Positions 19,585-28,175 of a stretch of 64,000 nt of DNA are shown here, one piece after another. The stretch is taken from assembly GCA_012799935.1 (NCBI GenBank), contig JAAZKG010000098.1, forward strand, positions 191 through 64,190, in the 5' to 3' direction. The number at the start of each line of letters is the position of its first letter. Positions within the stretch are counted from its first letter, which is position 1. Under the pieces are notes generated by a model that did not search any database, was not told where the DNA came from, and was given only the letters and a program-made list of their open reading frames with translations. The DNA is from Erysipelotrichia bacterium. GTDB lineage: Bacteria; Bacillota_I; Bacilli_A; Erysipelotrichales; Erysipelotrichaceae. The position numbers were made by a program, and so were the translations under genes.

Positions 19585-21177
19585 ATGATTTATCAAAAAA
19601 CTGATATAAGTAACTATCAAAAACTGATGGAAACCTATTCAATCAATTCTTTGTTAGCGAAAGTTTTATCAGCAATGAAATATGATGAGCATGATATTGC
19701 TTCCTTTTTTAATCCTTTACAACAATATAAGTTTGATGAGAAAGTTTTTAAACCTATCAAAGATTATTTAGAGATAGTTAAAAAAGAAAACAAAAAGGTT
19801 TTTATATTTGGAGATTATGACTGTGATGGAATTTGTGGAACTACAATTGTAAAAAAAATGTTAGATAAGTTGGAAATAGAAAATGGCTTCTATATTCCTA
19901 ACCGTTTAGATGAGGGTTATGGTTTATCCTTAGATAAGATTAAAATGGCTTATGAAAAAGGCTATGAGGTTTTAATAACAGTTGATAATGGTATAAGTAG
20001 TATAGAAGCATTAAAATTTGCCAAAGAAAAAGAAATGATTTCTATAATAACAGATCACCACATCATTACTCAAACAGTAAATTGTGATTATTTACTTCAT
20101 CCATCATTATTAAGTGAAGAGTATAAACACTTGTGTGGCAGTGGGATTGTTTTCTTACTTGCTCACTATTTAGGTCTGGATGACCCTAGTATGAATGTGT
20201 TAGCTATGGTAGCTACCATTGCTGATGTAATGTCAATAAAAGGAGCTAATGTCAAGATTATTAAAGATGGTTTAAATTATTTAAATCAGGGTTTATATAA
20301 AAATGTTTTAGCTTTAGATAAATTTAATTTTCCAATAAATGAAGAAAATGTAGCTTTTAAAATAGTTCCTAAAATTAATGCTGTAGGAAGAATGGCTGAT
20401 ATTGCCAATGTCAATAATGTTGTCAGATTTTTATTAACTGATAATATTAGAGAAATAAATATCTTGGCTAGTCAAATTGTGGAAGTAAACAATACAAGAT
20501 TGCAACTATCAAAACAGCAAAATGAACTTGTTAAACAACAAATTAACAAAAATTCTAATTTTAACTTGATATATTTACCACAACTTCATGAAGGACTTTT
20601 AGGTTTAATAGCTTCCAGAATTGCTGATGAAACCAAAAAGTTAACATTTATTATGACTGAGTCCTTAAATCAAATTAAAGGCTCTGGAAGGTCAAATGGG
20701 GGAATAAATATTATTGATATGTTAGAAGGCTTCAGAGAGTTTACAGTCACTTTGGGAGGCCACAGTCAAGCTTGTGGTATTACAATCGAAAAAGAAATGC
20801 TAGAACCATTTAAAACCTACTTAGATGATAATCTTAGTCATTATAATGATGAAGTAATTGAAGAATACATAGAAGTTGATGCCCATGATTTAACAATTGA
20901 TAATATTGCAGAATTGTTTTCGTTTCGTCCTTTTGGACCAGACAGAAAACTTCCCCTTTTAAAAGTTAGTGTTGAGAATATAATCAGTTACACTTCAATG
21001 AAAAATGAATATCAACTTAAGTGGAAATGCCAAGATTTAGATTTTATTAGTTTTAATAATAAAGGATATGATAATTACATAAATAAGGAAAAAATTGAAG
21101 TTTATGGCTATCTTCAAGAAAATAATTTTAAAGGAAAATCATATTATCAAATCATGATTAAAGAAATCGTTGACTAA
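19585..21177 (+). CDS. recJ: Single-stranded-DNA-specific exonuclease RecJ (DHH/DHHA1), short form
   Basis: DHH motifs FIFGDYDCDGICG, ITVDNG and ITDHH, plus the DHHA1 block GGHSQACG. Synteny with apt-relA. Confidence 0.85.
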   Translation: MIYQKTDISNYQKLMETYSINSLLAKVLSAMKYDEHDIASFFNPLQQYKFDEKVFKPIKDYLEIVKKENKKVFIFGDYDCDGICGTTIVKKMLDKLEIENGFYIPNRLDEGYGLSLDKIKMAYEKGYEVLITVDNGISSIEALKFAKEKEMISIITDHHIITQTVNCDYLLHPSLLSEEYKHLCGSGIVFLLAHYLGLDDPSMNVLAMVATIADVMSIKGANVKIIKDGLNYLNQGLYKNVLALDKFNFPINEENVAFKIVPKINAVGRMADIANVNNVVRFLLTDNIREINILASQIVEVNNTRLQLSKQQNELVKQQINKNSNFNLIYLPQLHEGLLGLIASRIADETKKLTFIMTESLNQIKGSGRSNGGINIIDMLEGFREFTVTLGGHSQACGITIEKEMLEPFKTYLDDNLSHYNDEVIEEYIEVDAHDLTIDNIAELFSFRPFGPDRKLPLLKVSVENIISYTSMKNEYQLKWKCQDLDFISFNNKGYDNYINKEKIEVYGYLQENNFKGKSYYQIMIKEIVD

Positions 21178-21258
21178 AGTTTTAAAGAAAAAGAAACAGA
21201 TATTATTATTAAAGAAAATTTGTTATAATTGATATGTTTTTAAAAGGAGGATTTGAAA

Positions 21259-21780
21259 ATGAATTTGTATGATTATATTGCAAGCATTCCTGACTATCCG
21301 ATTAAAGGGATTTTATTTAGAGATGTTACACCAGCTGTTCAAGATGGTAAAGCATTTAGAGAAGTAATTAGATTATTGGTGGAATATGCTAAGAAAGTTG
21401 ATGCTGAGGTTATTTTAGGTCCTGAATCAAGAGGTTTTATTTTTGGTTGTCCTGTAGCATATGAACTGAATATTGGTTTTGTTCCAGCCAGAAAACCAAA
21501 CAAATTGCCAAGAGAAGTTATCTCTGCTGAATATGAATTAGAATATGGTACAAGCACTTTAGAGATTCATAAAGATGCTATTAAACCTGGACAAAAGGTT
21601 TTAGTTATTGATGATTTGCTTGCGACTGGTGGCACAATTAAAGCTGCCAACCACCTAGTTGAACAGTTAGGTGGAATCGTAGTTGGTAATGCCTTTCTAA
21701 TAGAACTTGTTGATTTAAAGGGAAGAGAAGAATTAAAAGGTTACGATGTTTATTCAATATTAGAATATGAAGGTGAATAA
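21259..21780 (+). CDS. apt: Adenine phosphoribosyltransferase
   Basis: [16 protein letters not shown] and the PRPP loop [16 protein letters not shown] 21259 lies 8 nt after AAGGAGG. Confidence 0.95.
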   Translation: MNLYDYIASIPDYPIKGILFRDVTPAVQDGKAFREVIRLLVEYAKKVDAEVILGPESRGFIFGCPVAYELNIGFVPARKPNKLPREVISAEYELEYGTSTLEIHKDAIKPGQKVLVIDDLLATGGTIKAANHLVEQLGGIVVGNAFLIELVDLKGREELKGYDVYSILEYEGE

Positions 21781-21788
21781 GACAATTT

Positions 21789-21816
21789 AGACAGCGAAAA
21801 CTGTCTTTTCTTTTTA
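21789..21816 (+). terminator. Rho-independent terminator after apt
   Basis: AGACAG-cgaaaa-CTGTCT followed by TTTCTTTTT. Confidence 0.6.
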
Positions 21817-21864
21817 TATTAAAATGTTTATGATAAAATTAATTAAAAGTAAAAGGTGAAAGGT

Positions 21865-24063
21865 ATGAGTACACAGGTAGAAGTAACCAAAGAATTATTG
21901 TTTGAAAAGATTAGAACTTATATCAATGAGTCAAACTCTTTGAACATGATTGAAAAGGCTTATAACTTTGCTAGCGATAAACACAAGGGTCAGTTTAGAA
22001 AAAGTGGAGAGCCTTATTTTTACCATGCCTTAAACGTTGCTTATATTCTTGCCAATTTACAAGGTGGACCACAAACTATTTGTGGTGGTCTATTGCATGA
22101 TACGATGGAAGACTGCGGTGTTAGCTATGATGAGATAAAAAAAGAATTTGATGAAGAAGTTGCTAAACTTGTCGAGGGAGTTTCTAAAATTGGTTCTTTA
22201 AAGTTTCAAGATGAAAAAGAATATTTAGCAGCTAATCATCGTAAAATTTTCATTGCTATGGCTAAAGATGTTCGAGTCATTATCATAAAATTATCAGATA
22301 GATTACACAATATGAGAACTTTAATGTATCATTCTGAGGAAAAACAAAAGAAAATAGCTTCAGAAACATTAAATGTTTATGCTCCAATTGCTCATCGATT
22401 AGGTTTAGCGGAAATGAAAAATGAGTTAGAAGATTTATCGTTTATGTATTTAGATAACAAAAAATATCATGAAATTGCTCAACTGCTGGAAGCCAAAAAA
22501 AGTGAAAGAGAAGAAGTTGTTAAAAAGATGATAGTTGATATTGAGAAATTATTATCTGATAAAAGTTTAATATACAGAATCTTTGGCAGAAGCAAACATA
22601 TATATTCGATACATAGAAAGATGGAAGAGAAAAATAGAAGTTTTGAAGAAATTTATGATTTATATGCTATTAGAGTTATCACAGAAACAGAATTAAACTG
22701 TTATGAAATATTAGGGCATATTCACAATAAATATCGACCAGTTCCAAATAGGCTTAAGGATTATATTGCCGTTCCTAAACCAAATATGTATCAATCTCTT
22801 CATACTTCAATATTAGATAATAATGGTCATCTTTTTGAAGTTCAAATCAGAACAGAAGAAATGAATGATATAGCTGAGATGGGGGTTGCTGCTCACTGGG
22901 CTTATAAAGAAGGTAAATACAATAGTAAAGCAGAACAAAAAGAAATTGAAAACAAGCTAGGCTGGTTCCATGACATGATTGGTTTGTTAGATGAATTGGA
23001 ACAAGATCATCCAACAGACTTGGTAGATAAGATTCAAAAAGATATTTTTGAAGCCAATGTTTATGCGATGACTCCAAAGGGAAGGGTAATTGAACTGCCA
23101 AATGGTTCTACACCTTTAGATTTCGCTTACCGTGTCCATACTGAAGTAGGCCATACTGCTGTGGGTGCAATTGTAAATGGTGCTCATGTGCCTTTAAATA
23201 CAGTTTTAAATACAGGTGATGTGGTAAATATTAGAACTAATAAAAATACTGGACCATCAGAAGACTGGTTAAAGATAGTTAAATCAGCTACAGCAAGAAA
23301 TAAAATCAAATCTTATTTAATGAAAAAAGAAAATGAGGCTAGAGCTGAAACGATTGAAAAAGGTGAAAGGCTATTTGTTGAAGAACTTAAAAAGAGAAAT
23401 CTTGATGAAAAAGTCTATTTAGACAGAAATAAACTGGATTCAATATATAAGGAATTTTCAAGTAATAACTACAGTGAATTTATGTATGCAATAGGTAATA
23501 AATCTATCTCACTGCAGCAAGTTGTCGATAAAATTTCCAATACTAAAGGTCAAAGTCTGGATAATGAAGCCTTGACAAAGTTATTCCAGCAAAGAGTACA
23601 GAATAGACCTCGTAGTGTTTCAGCTGCTGGAGTAGTTGTTGAAGGTATTGATTCAATGATGGTTAATGTAGCTGGCTGTTGTATGCCGATAAATGGTGAT
23701 AAAATTGTCGGTTTTATCACTAGAGGTCAAGGTATCAAGGTTCACCGAGCGGAGTGTCCAAATATTGCTAATGAAAAAAATCGTTTAATCGAAGTAAAAT
23801 GGGATGATGATGGCGATTATCAATATGATAGTTGGCTAAGAATTGATGCTACTGATAGAAACTATTTGATAAGTGACATCATAACTTTAATTTCCCAATT
23901 TAAAATTAGTTTAAATGGCATTAATTCAGAGGTTTTACCAGATAGAATAAATGTTTATATTGATATAAAAATAAAAGTGAAAAATTTAGATCAGTTGACA
24001 AATGTGATAGTTAATTTAAAGAAAATTAATTCAGTGGTTGATGTTACAAGAATAATAAGATAA
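21865..24063 (+). CDS. relA: Bifunctional (p)ppGpp synthetase/hydrolase Rel (long RSH)
   Basis: HD hydrolase domain (HALNVA..LLHDTMED), synthetase block (YRIFGRSKHIYSIHRKM...YQSLHT), then TGS and ACT-like C-terminal domains. Confidence 0.95.
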   Translation: MSTQVEVTKELLFEKIRTYINESNSLNMIEKAYNFASDKHKGQFRKSGEPYFYHALNVAYILANLQGGPQTICGGLLHDTMEDCGVSYDEIKKEFDEEVAKLVEGVSKIGSLKFQDEKEYLAANHRKIFIAMAKDVRVIIIKLSDRLHNMRTLMYHSEEKQKKIASETLNVYAPIAHRLGLAEMKNELEDLSFMYLDNKKYHEIAQLLEAKKSEREEVVKKMIVDIEKLLSDKSLIYRIFGRSKHIYSIHRKMEEKNRSFEEIYDLYAIRVITETELNCYEILGHIHNKYRPVPNRLKDYIAVPKPNMYQSLHTSILDNNGHLFEVQIRTEEMNDIAEMGVAAHWAYKEGKYNSKAEQKEIENKLGWFHDMIGLLDELEQDHPTDLVDKIQKDIFEANVYAMTPKGRVIELPNGSTPLDFAYRVHTEVGHTAVGAIVNGAHVPLNTVLNTGDVVNIRTNKNTGPSEDWLKIVKSATARNKIKSYLMKKENEARAETIEKGERLFVEELKKRNLDEKVYLDRNKLDSIYKEFSSNNYSEFMYAIGNKSISLQQVVDKISNTKGQSLDNEALTKLFQQRVQNRPRSVSAAGVVVEGIDSMMVNVAGCCMPINGDKIVGFITRGQGIKVHRAECPNIANEKNRLIEVKWDDDGDYQYDSWLRIDATDRNYLISDIITLISQFKISLNGINSEVLPDRINVYIDIKIKVKNLDQLTNVIVNLKKINSVVDVTRIIR

Positions 24064-24096
24064 AGATTTTATCGTGGATGAAATCTTTATTTTTAT
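24062..24096 (+). terminator. Rho-independent terminator after relA
   Basis: Perfect 8-bp stem AAAGATTT / AAATCTTT followed by ATTTTTATT. Confidence 0.6.
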
Positions 24097-24103
24097 TATT
24101 AAA

Positions 24104-24132
24104 TTGAATATCCATTTTTTATATGATAAAAT
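24104..24132 (+). promoter_or_regulatory. Sigma-A promoter of the hisS-aspS leader
   Basis: TTGAAT (24104-24109), a 17-nt spacer with a TG extension, and TAAAAT (24127-24132). Confidence 0.55.
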
Positions 24133-24138
24133 AAGCAT

Positions 24139-24346
24139 ATATTTGATGATGAAGAAAGTCTATAGGTTAAATTTTCAGAGAGGAAACATGTGGTGAAAGT
24201 TTCCAATGAGACTTATAGATTAGACACTTTGGAGAATTTCTTTTGAATTAGTAGTAGAAAGAAACGTTAGGGGCGTTAACCCATCGAGAAGTAATTAAGG
24301 TGGCACCACGCAAAGTTTAGCGTCCTTATCAAAGGGCGTTTTTTAT
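24139..24346 (+). promoter_or_regulatory. T-box leader (tRNA-sensing riboswitch) of hisS-aspS
   Basis: AGAGA box (about 24176). Specifier loop UUA-GAC-A with GAC at 24223-24225. T-box sequence AATTAAGGTGGCACCACG (24293-24310). Terminator hairpin 24320-24345 plus a T-run. Confidence 0.9.
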
Positions 24347-24363
24347 TTAAGGAGGAGTTATTA

Positions 24364-25632
24364 ATGTCAGATAATAAATTTCAACTTCCAAGAGGAACTC
24401 AAGATATTTATGGTGAAGATATTTCTTATTGGCAAAAAATGGAAGAGATTATTCGCAAGCAGTGTAATTTATATGGGTATAAAGAAATAAGAACACCTAT
24501 TTTTGAACATACAGAGGTTTTTTTAGGCGAAAATGATTCTTCCGATATGGTTAATAAAGAAATGTACAACTTTAAAGATGGAGGCAATCGTGATTTAACC
24601 TTAAGACCTGAAGGTACTAAAGGAGTAATTAGAGCTTTTGTTGAACATAAAATGTACGGATATCCAGATATGCCAGTTAAATTATTTTATATGGGTCCAA
24701 TGTTTAGATATGATCGTCCTCAAAAGGGAAGATATCGTCAATTTAATCAATTAGGAATTGAAGCTATTGGAGCTAAATCACCGCTATTAGATGTTGAAAC
24801 TATTGCTTTAGGATATGCTATCGTAAAAGAAATGGGGATTAATAATTTAGTAATTCTGATTAATTCATTAGGTGATAATGAATCAAGAAGAAATTATCGT
24901 GAAGCTTTAAAGCAACACTTTAAACCTCACTTAAATGATTTATGTGCTGATTGTAAAAGAAGATACCAGCAAAATCCATTGAGAATTTTAGATTGTAAAG
25001 TAGATAAAAATCATCCATCTTTAGCGCAAGCACCAAAATGTCGCGATTATTTAAATAAGGAAAGTCAACAATATTTTGATACAGTCATTAAAGGATTAGA
25101 TGATTTAAATATTCCTTATGAAATTGATGATAGATTAGTTAGAGGTTTAGATTATTATACAAATACCGTTTATGAAGCTGTGCCTAAAGATGAAAAAGGT
25201 CAGCAAGCAACTGTGTTTGGTGGAGGTCAATATGATGGTTTGGTTGAAAGTTTTGGTGGTGGAATGTTGGCTGGAGTAGGATTTGGACTGGGAATGGAAA
25301 GACTACTTGATTTAGCTAAAGAGCAAAATAAAATAACTGTGGAAGAAGAAAAAATTGATGTTTATGTGATTTCTTTAGGTGAGGTGGATACTTATAGTAG
25401 CAAAATTACCGAATTATTAAGAAATAATGGAATTAGAACAGAAATGGATTATCAAAAAAGAAGTTTGAAAGCTCAATTTAAGTCAGCAGATAGATATAAA
25501 GCTAAAGTTATAGTTATTGTTGGTGAAAATGAATACAGCAATAATATTGTTCAAATAAAAGACACTACTAGTAAAACTCAAGAAAATGTTAAGTATGAAA
25601 AGCTGGTAGAAAAGATTAAAAGTATTATTTAA
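24364..25632 (+). CDS. hisS: Histidine--tRNA ligase
   Basis: Class II aaRS motifs (RGTQDI, LRPEGT, FRYDRPQKGRYRQFNQ, GGGQYDGL) and an anticodon-binding C-terminal domain. Confidence 0.96.
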   Translation: MSDNKFQLPRGTQDIYGEDISYWQKMEEIIRKQCNLYGYKEIRTPIFEHTEVFLGENDSSDMVNKEMYNFKDGGNRDLTLRPEGTKGVIRAFVEHKMYGYPDMPVKLFYMGPMFRYDRPQKGRYRQFNQLGIEAIGAKSPLLDVETIALGYAIVKEMGINNLVILINSLGDNESRRNYREALKQHFKPHLNDLCADCKRRYQQNPLRILDCKVDKNHPSLAQAPKCRDYLNKESQQYFDTVIKGLDDLNIPYEIDDRLVRGLDYYTNTVYEAVPKDEKGQQATVFGGGQYDGLVESFGGGMLAGVGFGLGMERLLDLAKEQNKITVEEEKIDVYVISLGEVDTYSSKITELLRNNGIRTEMDYQKRSLKAQFKSADRYKAKVIVIVGENEYSNNIVQIKDTTSKTQENVKYEKLVEKIKSII

Positions 25633-25646
25633 TAAAGGGGAAAGTT

Positions 25647-27389
25647 ATGCAAAGAACACATGTTAATGGACAATTAAGAATTACCGATGTAGGTAAAACA
25701 GTTACGCTTATTGGCTGGGTAGCGAAAAGAAGAAATTTAGGCAGTTTAGTATTTATAGATTTAAGAGATAGAACAGGTATTACGCAAATTCTATTTGATG
25801 AATCTTTAACTGAAGCAGTAAAAAATGTCAGAAATGAATTTATTTTACAAGTTACTGGTATAGTTTTAGAAAGAGAAAGTAAAAATTCAAGCATAGATAC
25901 TGGTGATATTGAAGTTAAAGCTCATGAAGTTATAATTATCAATAGCGCTAATCAAACCCCTTTTATTATTGCTGATGAAACTGATGCTTTAGAGGAAACA
26001 AGATTAAAGTTTCGTTATTTAGATTTAAGAAGACCGGTTTTACAACAAAAATTATTTACAAGAGCTAAAATTGTTAAAGCAATGCATGAATACCTAGATG
26101 ATAATGGTTTTATTGAGGTGGAAACTCCAATTTTAGCTAAGTCTACTCCTGAAGGAGCTAGAGACTATCTAGTTCCTAGCAGAGTGCATCCCGGTTCCTT
26201 TTATGCTTTACCGCAATCGCCACAGCAGTTCAAACAATTATTAATGGTTGCTGGCTTTGAAAGATACTATCAGATTGCCAGATGTTTTAGAGATGAAGAT
26301 TTAAGAGCAGATAGACAGTTAGATTTTACTCAATTAGATATTGAAACTAGTTTCATGTCACAAGATGATATTTTAACCATGACTGAAGGATTGTTAGCCA
26401 AGGTAATGAAAGATGTAAAAGGGATTGATATAAAACTTCCATTTAGAAGATTTAAGTATGTTGAAGCTATGAACAAGTATGGTTCTGATAAACCAGATAC
26501 CAGATTTGGATTAGAACTTGTAGATGTAACTGAAATATTTAGAAATTCAGATTTTAGAGCATTTGAAACAGGTTTATCAGCTAAAGGTTCTATTAAAGCC
26601 ATTGTTGTAGATGATGCTAACAATTATTCTAGAAAGGATATAGATAATCTTACTGAACTAGCTAAGAAAAATGGGTCAAAAGGCTTAATAAGTATTAAAT
26701 ACTTAAATAAAGAATTGGAAGGAAGTGCAATAAAGTTTTTTAGTGAAGATGAAAAAGAAAAATTAATTGAAATATTAAATTTGCAGGAAAATCAAATGGC
26801 CTTAATTGTCTCTGATGTATGGGAAAAAACCTGTTCGGTATTAGGAGCGTTAAGAAATCATTTTGGTAAAACTTTAGAATTATATGATAAAAAAACTTAT
26901 GACTTTTTATGGGTTATTGAATTTCCTCTAGTTGAATATTCACAAGAGGACGGTAGATATTATTCAGTACACCATCCATTTACCAGACCATATGATGAAG
27001 ATTTGTCTTTATTAGATACTAATCCTTCAAAAGTAAGAAGTTATGCTTATGATGTAGTTTTAAATGGTTATGAACTTGGTGGTGGAAGTTTGAGAATATA
27101 TGATTTTGACATGCAACAAAAAATATTTGAATTATTAAGCTTAACAAAAGAAGAAATTGAAACTAGATTTGGCTTCTTTATCGATGCTTTAAAATATGGA
27201 ACTCCTCCTCATGGTGGGTTAGCGTTAGGGTTAGATAGAGTAGCAATGATCTTAACTGGTTCTGATTCTTTAAGAGATGTGATTGCTTTTCCTAAAAATG
27301 CTAATGCAAAATGTCCAATGAGTGATGCTCCAACACCTGTTGATGAAAAACAGTTACAAGAACTTCACATAAAAATAATAGATAGTTAA
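25647..27389 (+). CDS. aspS: Aspartate--tRNA ligase
   Basis: OB-fold N-terminus, the blocks FYALPQSPQQFKQLLM and FRDEDLRADRQ, a GAD insertion, and GGLALGLDR at the C-terminus. Confidence 0.96.
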   Translation: MQRTHVNGQLRITDVGKTVTLIGWVAKRRNLGSLVFIDLRDRTGITQILFDESLTEAVKNVRNEFILQVTGIVLERESKNSSIDTGDIEVKAHEVIIINSANQTPFIIADETDALEETRLKFRYLDLRRPVLQQKLFTRAKIVKAMHEYLDDNGFIEVETPILAKSTPEGARDYLVPSRVHPGSFYALPQSPQQFKQLLMVAGFERYYQIARCFRDEDLRADRQLDFTQLDIETSFMSQDDILTMTEGLLAKVMKDVKGIDIKLPFRRFKYVEAMNKYGSDKPDTRFGLELVDVTEIFRNSDFRAFETGLSAKGSIKAIVVDDANNYSRKDIDNLTELAKKNGSKGLISIKYLNKELEGSAIKFFSEDEKEKLIEILNLQENQMALIVSDVWEKTCSVLGALRNHFGKTLELYDKKTYDFLWVIEFPLVEYSQEDGRYYSVHHPFTRPYDEDLSLLDTNPSKVRSYAYDVVLNGYELGGGSLRIYDFDMQQKIFELLSLTKEEIETRFGFFIDALKYGTPPHGGLALGLDRVAMILTGSDSLRDVIAFPKNANAKCPMSDAPTPVDEKQLQELHIKIIDS

Positions 27390-27518
27390 ATAGTAGACCT
27401 TCGATGGTCTTCTTTAATCAGTTTATGACATTAACACAAAATATATTTTAATAAAAGAGAATTTTCAATTTTTCTTTTAAATAAAAAGACTTTAAGTGTT
27501 TATTTAAAAGTAAATAAT

Positions 27519-27527
27519 TGTTATAAT
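27519..27527 (+). promoter_or_regulatory. Extended -10 element (TGtTATAAT) upstream of efp
   Basis: TGTTATAAT lies about 60 nt before the efp ATG. The -35 is weak. Confidence 0.35.
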
Positions 27528-27587
27528 GAAGTATATATTAATCGCTAAGATTATGTTTTTAATATGTAATGAAAGAAGGAATTATAT

Positions 27588-28145
27588 ATGATTTTAGTTA
27601 ATGATTTAAAAACAGGAACAACTTTTCAATATGAAGATAGTATTTTTACTGTTTTAAATACATCTTTAAATAAAACTGCTATGAGACAAATGGTAGTTAA
27701 AGTACGTGTAAAAGATTTAAGAACTGGAACTATTAAAGAAATAACTTTTACAGGTGGTGATAAAGTAGAGCCAGCTATGATTGAAAAGAAAGAAATGCAA
27801 TATTTATATGATGCTGGTGAAGGAATTGTATTTATGGACAATGAAACATTTCACCAGATAGAAATTGGCAAAGATCGTCTAGAATGGGAATTAAACTTCC
27901 TGAAACCACAAGAGAATGTAATGATTACAATGTTTGAAAATGAAATACTTGGAGTGAGTTTGCCTGATAAGGTAGCTTTAAAGGTAGTGGAATCAGAACC
28001 GGCTGTTAAAGGTGATACAGCTACTAATGCAAGAAAAAATGCTGTATTAGAAACAGGTTTACAAATTAAAGTACCTTTATTTATTGAAGTAGATGAGGTA
28101 GTATTAGTAACAACAGATAATGGCGAATATTCAAGTCGTGCATAA
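27588..28145 (+). CDS. efp: Elongation factor P
   Basis: 185 aa with NDLKTGTTF at the N-terminus and VESEPAVKGDTATNARKNAVLETG in domain III. Confidence 0.95.
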   Translation: MILVNDLKTGTTFQYEDSIFTVLNTSLNKTAMRQMVVKVRVKDLRTGTIKEITFTGGDKVEPAMIEKKEMQYLYDAGEGIVFMDNETFHQIEIGKDRLEWELNFLKPQENVMITMFENEILGVSLPDKVALKVVESEPAVKGDTATNARKNAVLETGLQIKVPLFIEVDEVVLVTTDNGEYSSRA

Positions 28146-28175
28146 ACAACAGCACAGTTTATAGGAGGTATATGT

